Assembly: GCA_947503335.1 (NCBI GenBank)
Contig: CANNCY010000001.1
Location: forward strand, 1,090,958 to 1,154,957
Direction of reading: 5' to 3'
DNA length: 64,000 nt
Source: an uncultured Pseudomonadales bacterium
GTDB lineage: Bacteria; Pseudomonadota; Gammaproteobacteria; Pseudomonadales; CANNCY01
Below the pieces are notes generated by a model that did not search any database, was not told the origin of the DNA, and saw only the letters and a list, made by a program, of their open reading frames with translations. Below, in pieces: positions 9,370 to 19,037 of this stretch. How positions within the stretch are numbered: position 1 is the first letter of the stretch; each line of letters starts with the position of its first letter. Position numbers and translations under genes: made by a program.

Positions 9370-10463
9370 TGTGATTCCTCTTTAAACACCTCATTGAGCT
9401 TAGGTGTTAGTAACTCGGCTCGCCAGCCCGTCGTGAACAGACTAGGTAACGACGTACCCGGAGTTTTAATAGATTGATAATAACGCTGTAAATCGCGGCC
9501 CGAAGCCACTATTTCGGCGGGCATATTAAGGGATTGGGCCACTGTTCGAATAGCCCCCTTTGCCTTTTTACCTAATTGCTGAGATAGGCGCTTGGGTAGC
9601 CTTGATGACTGCTCTCGATGATTAGCCACTATTTGTAGCCATGTATCGCCATATCGCTTGATAACGCCACCAGAAACGCCCTGCAGCCGATCAAATTGCC
9701 AGCTTTCGCTAGGCTTTAAACGCGCTAACTGAACCAAATGTTCGTCTTTCATCAACCTGTTACGCGGTAGATCTAGCTCGCGAATCGTACTTTCGCGCCA
9801 CTGGGTCAAAGCCACTAGTGTTGGCCAGTGCACGCCTTTTAAATCAGTTCTTGTAGCGATTCGCTCAAGCCAGGTATCTACCTGTTGCGTTGCCGTCGCT
9901 GCATCTGTCATGCGTTGCGACTCGCCCAACCACCATTCATAGCGCCCTAACTGCCTCAAAGGCTCTGCAATTTGCTGATACAGTTCGGGTAAATACAACA
10001 CGTCATCAACGGCGTAGGCCATTTGCTTTTGAGACAAGGGGCGAGTGAGCCAATCTGATCTTGACGCCGACTTGTCTAATTCTTTTGATAGTCGCAACTC
10101 GACAAGGTTGGCATACCCCATCAAATGATCGCCTGTTGCCATCGCATGCCCCACTTGGGTGTCTACAAAGTTTGCAGGCACACAGCCAACTTGCGCCATA
10201 AATAGCTCAAGATCTTCGCTTAGGGCGTGGCCGATAAACAGAGTATCGCTTTCAAATAGGGGCTTAAGCCAGTCAACGCCCAATGTTACGGGGTCGATTA
10301 ACCAAGTTTGCTCGCCATTGCTTAACTGAACTAACGCAGGCTTAGCGTAAAAGGTACTGACGCGAATAAACTCGGTATCAAAGGCGATGATTGATTGCTG
10401 GTTTGCCCAGTCAACTGCCTGAGCAAGCGTGGGCTGGGTATCGACCCAATGGGTGTGAGACAT
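9366..10463 (-). CDS. rnd: Ribonuclease D
   Basis: DEDD exonuclease motifs AFDTEF, HALSEDL, SDWLTRPLSQKQMAYAVDDV; HRDC-like C-region. Confidence 0.9.
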   Translation of the reverse strand: MSHTHWVDTQPTLAQAVDWANQQSIIAFDTEFIRVSTFYAKPALVQLSNGEQTWLIDPVTLGVDWLKPLFESDTLFIGHALSEDLELFMAQVGCVPANFVDTQVGHAMATGDHLMGYANLVELRLSKELDKSASRSDWLTRPLSQKQMAYAVDDVLYLPELYQQIAEPLRQLGRYEWWLGESQRMTDAATATQQVDTWLERIATRTDLKGVHWPTLVALTQWRESTIRELDLPRNRLMKDEHLVQLARLKPSESWQFDRLQGVSGGVIKRYGDTWLQIVANHREQSSRLPKRLSQQLGKKAKGAIRTVAQSLNMPAEIVASGRDLQRYYQSIKTPGTSLPSLFTTGWRAELLTPKLNEVFKEESQ

Positions 10464-11059
10464 TAATTAACCTTTTGACGGCCCGAAAATGCATGGGCCA
10501 ACGTGCCACCATCTACGTATTCTAGCTCACCACCAAGGGGCACACCCTGTGCGATACGCGAAACGCCCACCGAATGTGAACGGGAGATTTCTGATAAAAA
10601 GTGGGCTGTGGCCTCGCCCTCCATCGTGGCGTTTGTCGCCAAGATTACTTCTTTTACCTCGCCCTCTTTTAAGCGCTGGGTAAACTGCGGCACACCAATC
10701 TCATCAGGCCCCATGCCATCGATAGGTGATAGACGCCCGAGCAAACAAAAATACATACCGCTATAGGTACCCGAGCTTTCAATAGCTACTAGATCTGCAG
10801 GGCTTTCTACCACACATAGCGTGGTTCTATCGCGACGAGGGTTCTTACACAGACCGCATACTGGCGTTTCAGATAGATTGCGACAACTTTCGCAACGCCC
10901 CACTTTGTCGAGCGCTTCTGATAACGACTCTACTAATTGATGAGCCCCTTGAGGGTCGCGTTCTAACAGGTGCAACGCCATGCGCTGAGCACTCTTAGGG
11001 CCAACCGAGGGCAAAATCTTGAGGGTATTTACTAAGCGCTCTACAAGTGGGCTAAACAT
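10463..11059 (-). CDS. recR: Recombination mediator RecR
   Basis: LPSVGPKSAQRMA, C4 zinc finger CESC...CGLC, TOPRIM EVILATNATMEGEATA, RIAQGVPLGGELEYVD. Confidence 0.97.
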   Translation of the reverse strand: MFSPLVERLVNTLKILPSVGPKSAQRMALHLLERDPQGAHQLVESLSEALDKVGRCESCRNLSETPVCGLCKNPRRDRTTLCVVESPADLVAIESSGTYSGMYFCLLGRLSPIDGMGPDEIGVPQFTQRLKEGEVKEVILATNATMEGEATAHFLSEISRSHSVGVSRIAQGVPLGGELEYVDGGTLAHAFSGRQKVN

Positions 11060-11078
11060 AGTTTCTTAATCGAATTAG

Positions 11079-11408
11079 TTAGAAAGGCATCTTAAAATCG
11101 GTGCCAGCTGGCATACCGAACTGCTTTGCCATATCTGCCATGCGGTCTTGATTATTCTTTTCGACACGGCGTACGGCGTCGTTTACCGCTGCAGCTAGAA
11201 GGTCTTCTAAGATCTCCTTGTCTTCTGACATCAATGAATCATCGATCGACACCTGTGTTACATCGTGGCGACCATTCATCTCTACCTTAATCATGCCAGC
11301 ACCAGCCTCGCCAGTGACCTTAGCCTGAGCCACCTCTTCTTGCATGGCTTTCATTTTTTCTTGCAGTGCTTGAGCCTGCTTCATCATGTCATTCATGTTA
11401 CCAAACAT
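11079..11408 (-). CDS. ybaB: YbaB/EbfC nucleoid-associated protein
   Basis: [12 protein letters not shown]...[10 protein letters not shown]...[12 protein letters not shown]; canonical position between dnaX and recR. Confidence 0.95.
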   Translation of the reverse strand: MFGNMNDMMKQAQALQEKMKAMQEEVAQAKVTGEAGAGMIKVEMNGRHDVTQVSIDDSLMSEDKEILEDLLAAAVNDAVRRVEKNNQDRMADMAKQFGMPAGTDFKMPF

Positions 11409-11418
11409 GATTTACTCC

Positions 11419-13446
11419 TTAACTATCAATTGGCACAACCGACTCTAAGTCTAGCTGTGCACCAAAAATCTGACCTAACGCTACCACTTGAGGGTGATTT
11501 TGTAACGTGGATACTGCCAATGCTAAGCGCTCAGCTACTAATCTTTCGGTGCGTCTTGCAGGGGTTTCGACACTAGGTACACCTAGCTCTATCGACACTT
11601 TCATGGGGCGTTCATAGTAGGCCGTTAACCCTTCTGCTAATCGCTCTTGGTGTGCCACATTAAACAATGCCGATCGCTCTTGATCTAGCAACAATTTGAA
11701 GTGATCTCCGTCAGAGCTAATCACCTGACAGTTGGCTGCTGAGTTTTCTAGCATGCCTTTCAACTGCAGCGCATCCACTATCTCAAACCAAGTCTGCTCA
11801 CCATAAACAGGGGCAGTTTCGACAGGATTTACCGGTTTAATCGGCTCTATTTTTATTTCTGCCGCTGCAGGCGGAATCACTTTAGGCTCTGGTACCACTG
11901 TAGGCTCTGGTACCACTGTAGGCTCTGGCACCACTGTAGGCTCTGGTACCACTGCAGGCTGCGCTACCTCTGCGACAGGTGGTTCCTGTGGCGGCACAAT
12001 TTGCTCGGTGGGCACAGCCGCCGGTTCTAGAGTGTCACTTGGATCTAGCTGTACTGGCTCACCAGTATCCCACGGTGGTGGCTCAGACAACTCCTTAACG
12101 GGTTCTGGCTTTGTAGGCTCTACAGAAGAAGGCACCGCCGAAGAAGGCATTGTCGGTGTCGCACCACCCAATAAAGCTGCCGCCCCGCCCTCAGGACGAC
12201 CAGCGGGCTGCGCAGTGAGTGACGCTGTTAACGCCTCATTTTTGACAGCTGACTGCCCTACTTGCGAAGGAGCTAATGTTTGCGATGGGGCGGGTGCTTG
12301 CTGCACTGCGCCCGAGGGCGCCTCAGACTTTTTTGCGGGAGCTGCCCCTACCTGTGCGTGTTTAAAGGGGCGAAATGCCATCATGCGCAGTAGAATCATT
12401 TCAAATCCCATTCTGGCATCGGGCACATGGGCAAATTCGCTTCTAGCTGATACGCCGATCTGATAAAACAATTGCAAATCTTCGGTCGTTGTATTGCCTG
12501 CAATCGTCAATAAACGCTCGCGATCTGCAAGGTGCTCTGGCAATGATCCCGGTACTGTTTGCTCAACCACCAGGCGGTGAAATAGGCCAATCAGCTCGTC
12601 TAGTAACAATTCGTAGTCTGGCGAATGCTCGGCAATGGTTTCAATCTGGGCCAACATCGCACCAGCATCACCACCACATACTGCAGCCAACAAATCGTTG
12701 ACCAAGTTGCGATTAAGACTACCCAACATAGCGGCAACGCCGTCGGCCGTCACTGAACCACCGCCAAAGGCGATCGCTTGATCAGTAAGACTTAGTGCGT
12801 CACGCATACTACCTTCAGCGGCGCGCGCTAGTGCCCAGGTTGCATCTTGCTCGACCTGAATCATCTCATTGCTAAGGATATGATTAAGTTGCCCAGCAAT
12901 ACGCTCTGGAGAAAGGTTTTTAAGATTAAACTGCAAACAACGCGACAAAATGGTTACCGGCAGCTTTTGGGGGTCAGTCGTCGCTAACAAAAACTTTACG
13001 TGCGGCGGCGGCTCTTCAAGGGTTTTTAGTAGGGCATTAAACGAGTGCATCGACAACATGTGTACTTCGTCAATGAGATAAACCTTAAAGCGACCGCGTG
13101 TAGGAGCATATTGAACGTTGTCTAACAGCTCTCGGGTATCGTCTACTTTGGTCTTAGACGCCGCATCTACCTCGATTAAATCTACAAAGCGCCCTTCTTT
13201 GATTTCGGTACAAGAGGCGCAGGTACCGCAAGGCTCTGAACTAACACCTACTTCGCAATTAAGCGCCATCGCAAAAATACGGGCGACCGACGTTTTGCCA
13301 ACACCTCGGGTGCCAGTGAACAGATAGGCGTGATGCAATCGATTATGATCGAGTGCGTTGATCAGTGCCGTTAAGACATGCTCTTGACCAACCATTTCTC
13401 TAAAGACACGTGGGCGCCACTTGCGGGCGAGTACCTGAGAACTCAT
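11419..13446 (-). CDS. dnaX: DNA polymerase III subunit gamma/tau
   Basis: QVLARKWRP, FTGTRGVGKT, DEVHML, LKTLEEPP, SRC motif; Pro-rich linker; C-terminal tau domain. Confidence 0.98.
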   Translation of the reverse strand: MSSQVLARKWRPRVFREMVGQEHVLTALINALDHNRLHHAYLFTGTRGVGKTSVARIFAMALNCEVGVSSEPCGTCASCTEIKEGRFVDLIEVDAASKTKVDDTRELLDNVQYAPTRGRFKVYLIDEVHMLSMHSFNALLKTLEEPPPHVKFLLATTDPQKLPVTILSRCLQFNLKNLSPERIAGQLNHILSNEMIQVEQDATWALARAAEGSMRDALSLTDQAIAFGGGSVTADGVAAMLGSLNRNLVNDLLAAVCGGDAGAMLAQIETIAEHSPDYELLLDELIGLFHRLVVEQTVPGSLPEHLADRERLLTIAGNTTTEDLQLFYQIGVSARSEFAHVPDARMGFEMILLRMMAFRPFKHAQVGAAPAKKSEAPSGAVQQAPAPSQTLAPSQVGQSAVKNEALTASLTAQPAGRPEGGAAALLGGATPTMPSSAVPSSVEPTKPEPVKELSEPPPWDTGEPVQLDPSDTLEPAAVPTEQIVPPQEPPVAEVAQPAVVPEPTVVPEPTVVPEPTVVPEPKVIPPAAAEIKIEPIKPVNPVETAPVYGEQTWFEIVDALQLKGMLENSAANCQVISSDGDHFKLLLDQERSALFNVAHQERLAEGLTAYYERPMKVSIELGVPSVETPARRTERLVAERLALAVSTLQNHPQVVALGQIFGAQLDLESVVPIDS
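11884..11960 (-). repeat. In-frame 18-bp tandem repeat (about 4.3 copies, VVPEPT) in the dnaX linker
   Basis: AGGCTCTGGTACCACTGT units start at 11884, 11902, 11920 (one T>C) and 11938 (last base C), plus a partial AGGCT at 11956. Confidence 0.95.
12308..12349 (-). promoter_or_regulatory. Programmed -1 ribosomal frameshift cassette in dnaX (gamma subunit)
   Basis: Minus strand: AGGGG (12349-12345), 10 nt, slippery AAAAAAG (12334-12328), -1 frame GTC TGA stop (TGA 12325-12323), hairpin GCGCC-CTCG-GGCGC (12321-12308). Confidence 0.85.
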
Positions 13447-13573
13447 ATAGTTATTGCGACTCGTTTTATATTGGGTGCTAAATCGTAAAGGCGCAGTATA
13501 CCCTGTTTCGATGTGAATTGGATCGAAAATACAGAATTACGTGTGTGATAACGAGAGAAAATATGAGAGAGTT

Positions 13574-13684
13574 GGAGGCAGACCTACCAGCACCCTTCGG
13601 CACATGAAGTCACTGCTACCGTTGCTTCCTTCCGGACCTGGCGGAGTTCACAGCTGTTCATTGCGAAGGACCAGTAGGCCCACC
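13574..13684 (-). ncRNA. ffs: Signal recognition particle RNA (4.5S)
   Basis: Minus strand GGTGGGCCTACTGG...CAGGTCCGGAAGGAAGCAAC...CTGGTAGGTCTGCC with the conserved CAGGTCCGGAAGGAAGCA domain IV core and pairing ends; upstream of dnaX as in many proteobacteria. Confidence 0.95.
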
Positions 13685-13746
13685 ATCGTGAGCGGCGCAT
13701 TATGCTTAACTTTGCCCTGCGGTGCAACCCAAAGCCTGAGAAAAAT

Positions 13747-14559
13747 ATGACAGATTTTAACAACTTATGGCGAATCAGTGCCGATGAGCTAATCAATACT
13801 ATCGACAACCATGTCATTTTAGACTGCCGTTTTTCACTCGCTGACGCAAATGAGGGGCGAAGCCTCTACAACGAAAGCCACATTGTTAACGCACAGTATT
13901 TTGACCTTGAATCTGACGGATGTGCCGAAGATGTTAAACCCAACGAAAACGGCTGCTATTTAGGCGGCAAACACCCCCTACCCGATCTTGACACCCTAGC
14001 CGAAAGATTTGCCAACCTTGGTATCAACCAAGATACACCTGTCGTTGTTTATGATACCGCAGCCCCAATGTTCGCTGCACGCGTGTGGTGGATGCTAAGG
14101 CTATTAGGCAACGACCACGCAAAAATACTTGATGGTGGCATCACTGCTTTTCAGAAACAGGGGGGCGAGGTAACCGATATCACGCCATCTGTAATGCCGA
14201 CCTTGTGGCTAGCAACCCCCAGAACAGAATGGATTATCTCAAGACAACAAATCATCGACGGCGTAGATGCACTTGTCGACGCTAGAGCCCGCGATCGCTT
14301 CAACGGCCAAAATGAAACCCTACACCCAAAAGCTGGCCACATAGATGGCGCCATAAATGCCCCATTTACCGAACATTTTGATCAAGGCTTACTTACTGAT
14401 AAAGGCCCAACGTGGCCCGACGGTGCTACGCATCAATGCGGCTCAGGCGTAACAGCTTGCGTTAATCTTTGGGTAGACGCCCTTCGCGGGCGAACCGAGC
14501 TGCCCCTTTATGTGGGCAGCTGGAGCGACTGGTGCTACTACTTAGACACCATGCGATAG
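13747..14559 (+). CDS. sseA: Two-domain rhodanese / 3-mercaptopyruvate sulfurtransferase
   Basis: LDCRFSL, HPLP, ARVWWMLRLLG, LDGG, VDARARDRF, GHIDGA, active loop CGSGVTAC, LYVGSWSDW. Start moved from ORF-track 13702 to ATG 13747 (MTDFNN). Confidence 0.88.
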   Translation: MTDFNNLWRISADELINTIDNHVILDCRFSLADANEGRSLYNESHIVNAQYFDLESDGCAEDVKPNENGCYLGGKHPLPDLDTLAERFANLGINQDTPVVVYDTAAPMFAARVWWMLRLLGNDHAKILDGGITAFQKQGGEVTDITPSVMPTLWLATPRTEWIISRQQIIDGVDALVDARARDRFNGQNETLHPKAGHIDGAINAPFTEHFDQGLLTDKGPTWPDGATHQCGSGVTACVNLWVDALRGRTELPLYVGSWSDWCYYLDTMR

Positions 14560-14786
14560 ATTAATAAAACTACGACAGCACCGGCAGTTGCCGTTGCGAT
14601 ACCACCAATTGAAATTCCGGCACCGGTTGATATACCCAGCACGGTGCCCAACCAGCCACCCACAAAGGCTCCGACAACACCTAAGATTGTTGTCATAATA
14701 AAACCGCCACCGTCAGGGCCTGGCATAATCCATTTTGCCAACGCACCAGCAATCAAACCCAAGATAATCCAAGACAAGATTCCCAT
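14538..14786 (-). CDS. GlsB/YeaQ/YmgE (transglycosylase-associated) small membrane protein
   Basis: MGILSWIILGLIAGALAKWIMPG...TILGVVGAFVGGWLG. Confidence 0.9.
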   Translation of the reverse strand: MGILSWIILGLIAGALAKWIMPGPDGGGFIMTTILGVVGAFVGGWLGTVLGISTGAGISIGGIATATAGAVVVLLIYRMVSK

Positions 14787-14804
14787 TTACCACCCTCCGT
14801 GCAA

Positions 14805-14830
14805 TAAAAAAGGCGCTCGAGGCGCCCTTT
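14805..14830 (-). terminator. Intrinsic terminator after leuA
   Basis: Minus strand AAAGGGCGC-CTCGA-GCGCCTTTTTT. Confidence 0.75.
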
Positions 14831-14856
14831 CAGTGTATGACAAATCTGATATTTAG

Positions 14857-16545
14857 CTAGTTTGCTGACAACGCAACCTGTTCGCCGAAAACACCCGCCA
14901 GTGCTTGTGCCTGCTCTAGCGCAATAAGAATTGCTTTCATCGGTGCTACCGAAAGATCGCGATCAACACCAACACCAATATACCGCTTACCATCAATACT
15001 CAACTCTACATAAGCAGCAGCCTCGGCATCAGTATCTGTACCTAATGAATGCTCTGCATACGAAATTAGTGCTGGGTTAATACCCGACACCTGTGCGTAA
15101 GCGTCAACAAAGGCTTCGGCCATGCCTCGCCCATCGCCTTGAAGCTCACGTACAACGTGATCGTAACCAATCTCAACCGAGATTTGATCAGCACTGTCGC
15201 TACGCTGAATACTGTAATTATGGATCGCAATCTTAGTAGCGCCCTGCATAAAGCGCTCGCAAAACAGCGCATACAGCTCTTCAGCGCTTAGCTCGCGTGC
15301 TGTAGATTCTGCCTCGGCCTGTACCGACGCCGAAAACTCCACCTGTACCCAGCGTGGCAAATCAAAGCCATAGTTATGTTGCAGAATCCAAGCAGCGCCA
15401 CCCTTGCCTGACTGGCTGTTAACTCGAATAACCTCTTGGTAACTGCGGCCAAGGTCAGCCGGATCTATCGGCAAGTACGCGACATCCCAAAAGTCTTCGC
15501 CTTCGCGCTTATCAAGACACTTTTTAATAGCATCCTGGTGACTGCCAGAAAACGCCGTAAACACCAATTCGCCCGCATAGGGGTGACGCGGGTGCAATGC
15601 AATATTAGTCACTTTAGTGATGGTATGGATAATGCGATCCATCAAGGCAAAATTTAGCTTCGGATCTATACCTTGGCTAAATAGATTCATGCCCATCGTG
15701 ACAATATCCATATTGCCGGTTCGCTCACCATTTCCCAACAATGTACCTTCAACACGGTCTGCACCAGCCATGACTGCAAGCTCTGCCGCCGCAACAGCGC
15801 ACCCACGATCGTTGTGGGTATGAAGGCTAATACACAGTTCATCACGACGAGCTACGTTGCGACAAAACCATTCAATTTGATCGGCATATACGTTGGGGGT
15901 GGCCATCTCAACTGTCGACGGCAGATTGACAATAATGGGCGAGTTTACATGCCCGCTCCAAACCTGCGTAACCGCGTCGACCACTTCCACTGCAAAGGGT
16001 AGCTCTGTGCCCGTAAAAGACTCAGGTGAGTACTGTAATATCCAGTTGGTTTCTGGGTTCGCTTTAACACGATCAAGCACTAGCTCAGCACCGCGCACGG
16101 CAATATCGATAATGCCCTGCTTGTCTAGCTTGAATACATCACGGCGCTGCACGGTAGATGTAGAGTTATATAAATGAACACAGGCGTTTTTAGCGCCTTT
16201 CAGAGCATCAAAGGTAGTATCAATTAGCACTTCTCGTGCCTGGGTCAGCACCTGAATGGTAACGTCATCGGGGATACGATCTTCGTCGATTAAGCGGCGC
16301 ACAAACTCAAAGTCTGGGCCAGACGCTGCCGGAAACCCTACTTCAATCTCTTTAAAGCCCACATCAACCAAAAGATCCCAAAGCTCGAGCTTTTGCTCTA
16401 CGTCCATAGGGTCAATCAGCGCTTGATTACCATCGCGAAGATCAACGCTAGCCCATCTAGGCGCCTGAGTAATCTGCTTAGACGGCCATTGACGGTCGGG
16501 TAATGAAACGGGGTTAAATGGACGGTACTTATTAAAACCTTGCAT
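14857..16545 (-). CDS. leuA: 2-isopropylmalate synthase
   Basis: SVDLRDGNQAL, FKEIEVGFP, HLYNSTS, SLHTHNDRG, GNGERTGN, C-terminal regulatory domain. ATG 16545 preferred over ORF-track 16581 (start uncertain). Confidence 0.95.
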   Translation of the reverse strand: MQGFNKYRPFNPVSLPDRQWPSKQITQAPRWASVDLRDGNQALIDPMDVEQKLELWDLLVDVGFKEIEVGFPAASGPDFEFVRRLIDEDRIPDDVTIQVLTQAREVLIDTTFDALKGAKNACVHLYNSTSTVQRRDVFKLDKQGIIDIAVRGAELVLDRVKANPETNWILQYSPESFTGTELPFAVEVVDAVTQVWSGHVNSPIIVNLPSTVEMATPNVYADQIEWFCRNVARRDELCISLHTHNDRGCAVAAAELAVMAGADRVEGTLLGNGERTGNMDIVTMGMNLFSQGIDPKLNFALMDRIIHTITKVTNIALHPRHPYAGELVFTAFSGSHQDAIKKCLDKREGEDFWDVAYLPIDPADLGRSYQEVIRVNSQSGKGGAAWILQHNYGFDLPRWVQVEFSASVQAEAESTARELSAEELYALFCERFMQGATKIAIHNYSIQRSDSADQISVEIGYDHVVRELQGDGRGMAEAFVDAYAQVSGINPALISYAEHSLGTDTDAEAAAYVELSIDGKRYIGVGVDRDLSVAPMKAILIALEQAQALAGVFGEQVALSAN

Positions 16546-16735
16546 GAGATACAGCCAAGAGAACTTATTGATATTGTGCAAGTATACGCCACCCCACCCT
16601 ACATTTCTCGCTAATTTTTCTATAGATATTACCCTTCAATAGTTTTAATCACCACTAAAGGCGAGTTTAATAGTTAACAAGCACTAGCTGAGACATTCTA
16701 AATAGTTGACGCCACCCCACACAGCCTCGTAAGGT

Positions 16736-17215
16736 ATGCGGATTAACCTTGAGGACATATTTGTGCACATAATCTTAATCATTGCCCTGCTTTTATTGAC
16801 GTACTGGTATTTAAAGTCAGACTTTGATCGCACACCTCTAGAGTATCGCCGCCAATGGCTAACACAAAAACTGGGCTTTGCGCTGATAATCGTTTTAGTA
16901 CTACTCGCCATGACCGGCCGTTTACATTGGCTAGGCGCGCTTGTAGGTTCGGTAATACCTGCCATCAAGATGATCTACGACACCTTTAAAAAACGTAAAT
17001 CAACTGAAGCTCCGCAGCAACCCCAACCCCAATCTAGCGATTTAAATCGTGAACAGGCGCTACAAATTTTAGGGTTTGCTAATGACGCGACTCCCAGCGA
17101 AGACGAGATTAAAACGGCCCATAAACAGCTGATGCAAAAGCTCCACCCAGACCGTGGCGGCAACGACTTTTTAGCAGCCCAGCTTAACGCCGCCAAAGAA
17201 AGACTTCTCTCTTAA
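16736..17215 (+). CDS. Membrane-anchored J-domain (DnaJ-like) protein
   Basis: N-terminal TM segments; C-terminal ALQILG...EIKTAHKQLMQKLHPDRGG with HPD. Confidence 0.85.
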   Translation: MRINLEDIFVHIILIIALLLLTYWYLKSDFDRTPLEYRRQWLTQKLGFALIIVLVLLAMTGRLHWLGALVGSVIPAIKMIYDTFKKRKSTEAPQQPQPQSSDLNREQALQILGFANDATPSEDEIKTAHKQLMQKLHPDRGGNDFLAAQLNAAKERLLS

Positions 17216-17286
17216 CACTAAAACATTCAAGCAGACACTAGAGTCTTAGCTAAACTATTAGCAAAAGATAAAACATAGGATCGCCT

Positions 17287-18363
17287 ATGCGTGTTGCCGT
17301 GGTTGGCGGAGGTATCAATGGAGTCTGCTGTGCTCGCGAGGCCGCTTTGCGTGGTCACGATGTTACGGTGTTTGAGAAAGGATCGCTGCTAGCCGCAACC
17401 AGCGCTAACTCGTCGCGTCTGCTACACGGTGGGCTAAGGTATTTAGAACAAGGCGCTTTTGGTCTTGTTAAATCGAGCCTTAACGCTAGGGAACGCTGGC
17501 TAAGAGACTGCCCTGAACATACCGAACGAATCAAAATTTGCCTGCCGATTTATCAGAACAATCGCAGACCACGGGTTGCTTATGCTGCGGCCTTGGGCCT
17601 ATATCACCTGCTGGGTATAGGTAAAAACCTTGGCCCTTTTAGCTACCTGAGTGAGCAGCAGACTGTTAATAGACACCCATCGATTAAAACCTCTGGCCTT
17701 ATGGGCGCATTTCAATTTTACGACGGTTACATGAACGATCGAGCCCTTGGCCGCTGGGTAATTGATCGCGCCATGGCGGCAGGAGTAACCTTTAAAGAAT
17801 ATCGACCAGTAACCCACATTAGCGCAGATGGCTCGTTAACCGCGTCAGGCACAGACTACAAATTTGATCATATATATTGCTGTGCAGGGCCGTGGCTAAA
17901 ACACCTAGCTAACGACAGCCAGCTCTCATCATCTACCGAATTAGAGTATGTAAGGGGCTCTCACCTGGTAATCAACCAACAATGCACCCAAGCATTTATG
18001 CTTGAAGTCCCCAACAGCCACCGATTCTTTTTTGTATTGCCCCACGAGCAAGGCAGTATGATTGGTACCACAGAAGTGCATCAAAACTCGCCAGAACCTG
18101 TAATAACATCGGCAAGCGAGGTAGATGAGTTAATTAAAAACTACAATCACTATTTTAAAACAGCGATCGATCATGGCGATATATTAACTACGCGCGCAGG
18201 TGTGCGACCTCTCATCAAGACCAAAGCAAATCACTGGGCGTCGTCGAGAGAAGCGAAGATTGAGCAAATTGATAGAATCACCCTTGTATGGGGCGGCAAA
18301 TGGACATCGGCGCCTGAACTCGCCAATGCCGTCATTAAGCAAACCGTTAGATCGGGCAACTAA
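17287..18363 (+). CDS. FAD-dependent oxidoreductase, glycerol-3-phosphate dehydrogenase-like (short form)
   Basis: [50 protein letters not shown]; ends without the usual GlpD C-terminal domain. Confidence 0.75.
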   Translation: MRVAVVGGGINGVCCAREAALRGHDVTVFEKGSLLAATSANSSRLLHGGLRYLEQGAFGLVKSSLNARERWLRDCPEHTERIKICLPIYQNNRRPRVAYAAALGLYHLLGIGKNLGPFSYLSEQQTVNRHPSIKTSGLMGAFQFYDGYMNDRALGRWVIDRAMAAGVTFKEYRPVTHISADGSLTASGTDYKFDHIYCCAGPWLKHLANDSQLSSSTELEYVRGSHLVINQQCTQAFMLEVPNSHRFFFVLPHEQGSMIGTTEVHQNSPEPVITSASEVDELIKNYNHYFKTAIDHGDILTTRAGVRPLIKTKANHWASSREAKIEQIDRITLVWGGKWTSAPELANAVIKQTVRSGN

Positions 18364-18994
18364 CGCCTGTGCCGCCGATACCACAGTAACCGTCAGGGTT
18401 CTTGGCAAGATATTGCTGGTGGTACTCTTCTGCCAGATAGTAGTTTGGCAGCAATGATATTTCAGTCGTAATCTCGCCCTTGCCAGCCACATTTAAGGCC
18501 TGTTGGTAAGCGTTTTTCGATTGCTCTAAATCAGACAGTAATGCCTCATTCGTAACATACAATGCCGAACGATATTGGGTACCGATGTCATTGCCCTGAC
18601 GCATTCCTTGTGTGGGGTCATGCTTCTCCCAAAACAGCTTGAGTAACGCCTGCAACGACACTACGCTTGGGTCAAATACAACCCGCACCAACTCTGCATG
18701 ACCAGTAAGGCCGCTGCACACTTCGTCGTAGGTTGCATTGGGTGTACCCCCTGCGCCATAACCCACAGATGTGGTAACAACCCCAGGAACCTGCCAAAAA
18801 ATGCGCTCTACACCCCAGAAACAACCCATACCGATGAACAGCTCTTCTAAGCCATCAACTGCCTGCTGTCGCATGTCGCTATCGTTCACAAAGTGAATGC
18901 CCAAGACACTGTGGCCCTGTTCACGACCAGGCAATGTCTGCCCATTGAAGATAACCTGTTGATTGTCTGTAGTTGCCATACACCACCGATACAC
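18347..18994 (-). CDS. msrA: Peptide-methionine (S)-S-oxide reductase
   Basis: [54 protein letters not shown]. Confidence 0.97.
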   Translation of the reverse strand: MYRWCMATTDNQQVIFNGQTLPGREQGHSVLGIHFVNDSDMRQQAVDGLEELFIGMGCFWGVERIFWQVPGVVTTSVGYGAGGTPNATYDEVCSGLTGHAELVRVVFDPSVVSLQALLKLFWEKHDPTQGMRQGNDIGTQYRSALYVTNEALLSDLEQSKNAYQQALNVAGKGEITTEISLLPNYYLAEEYHQQYLAKNPDGYCGIGGTGVSCPI

Positions 18995-19037
18995 ATTAGA
19001 GTAGAAAACCCCTATACATTAACGAGTTATCAGTTCT

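Noticed and set aside
13541-13817. ORF-track ORFs 13541-13750 and 13584-13817, and the 13702 start of sseA
   Set aside because: The two ORFs overlap the SRP RNA and have no protein features; the N-terminal extension of sseA carries no rhodanese features.
16546-16735. Leucine attenuator upstream of leuA
   Set aside because: No Leu-rich leader peptide or terminator/antiterminator pair seen.
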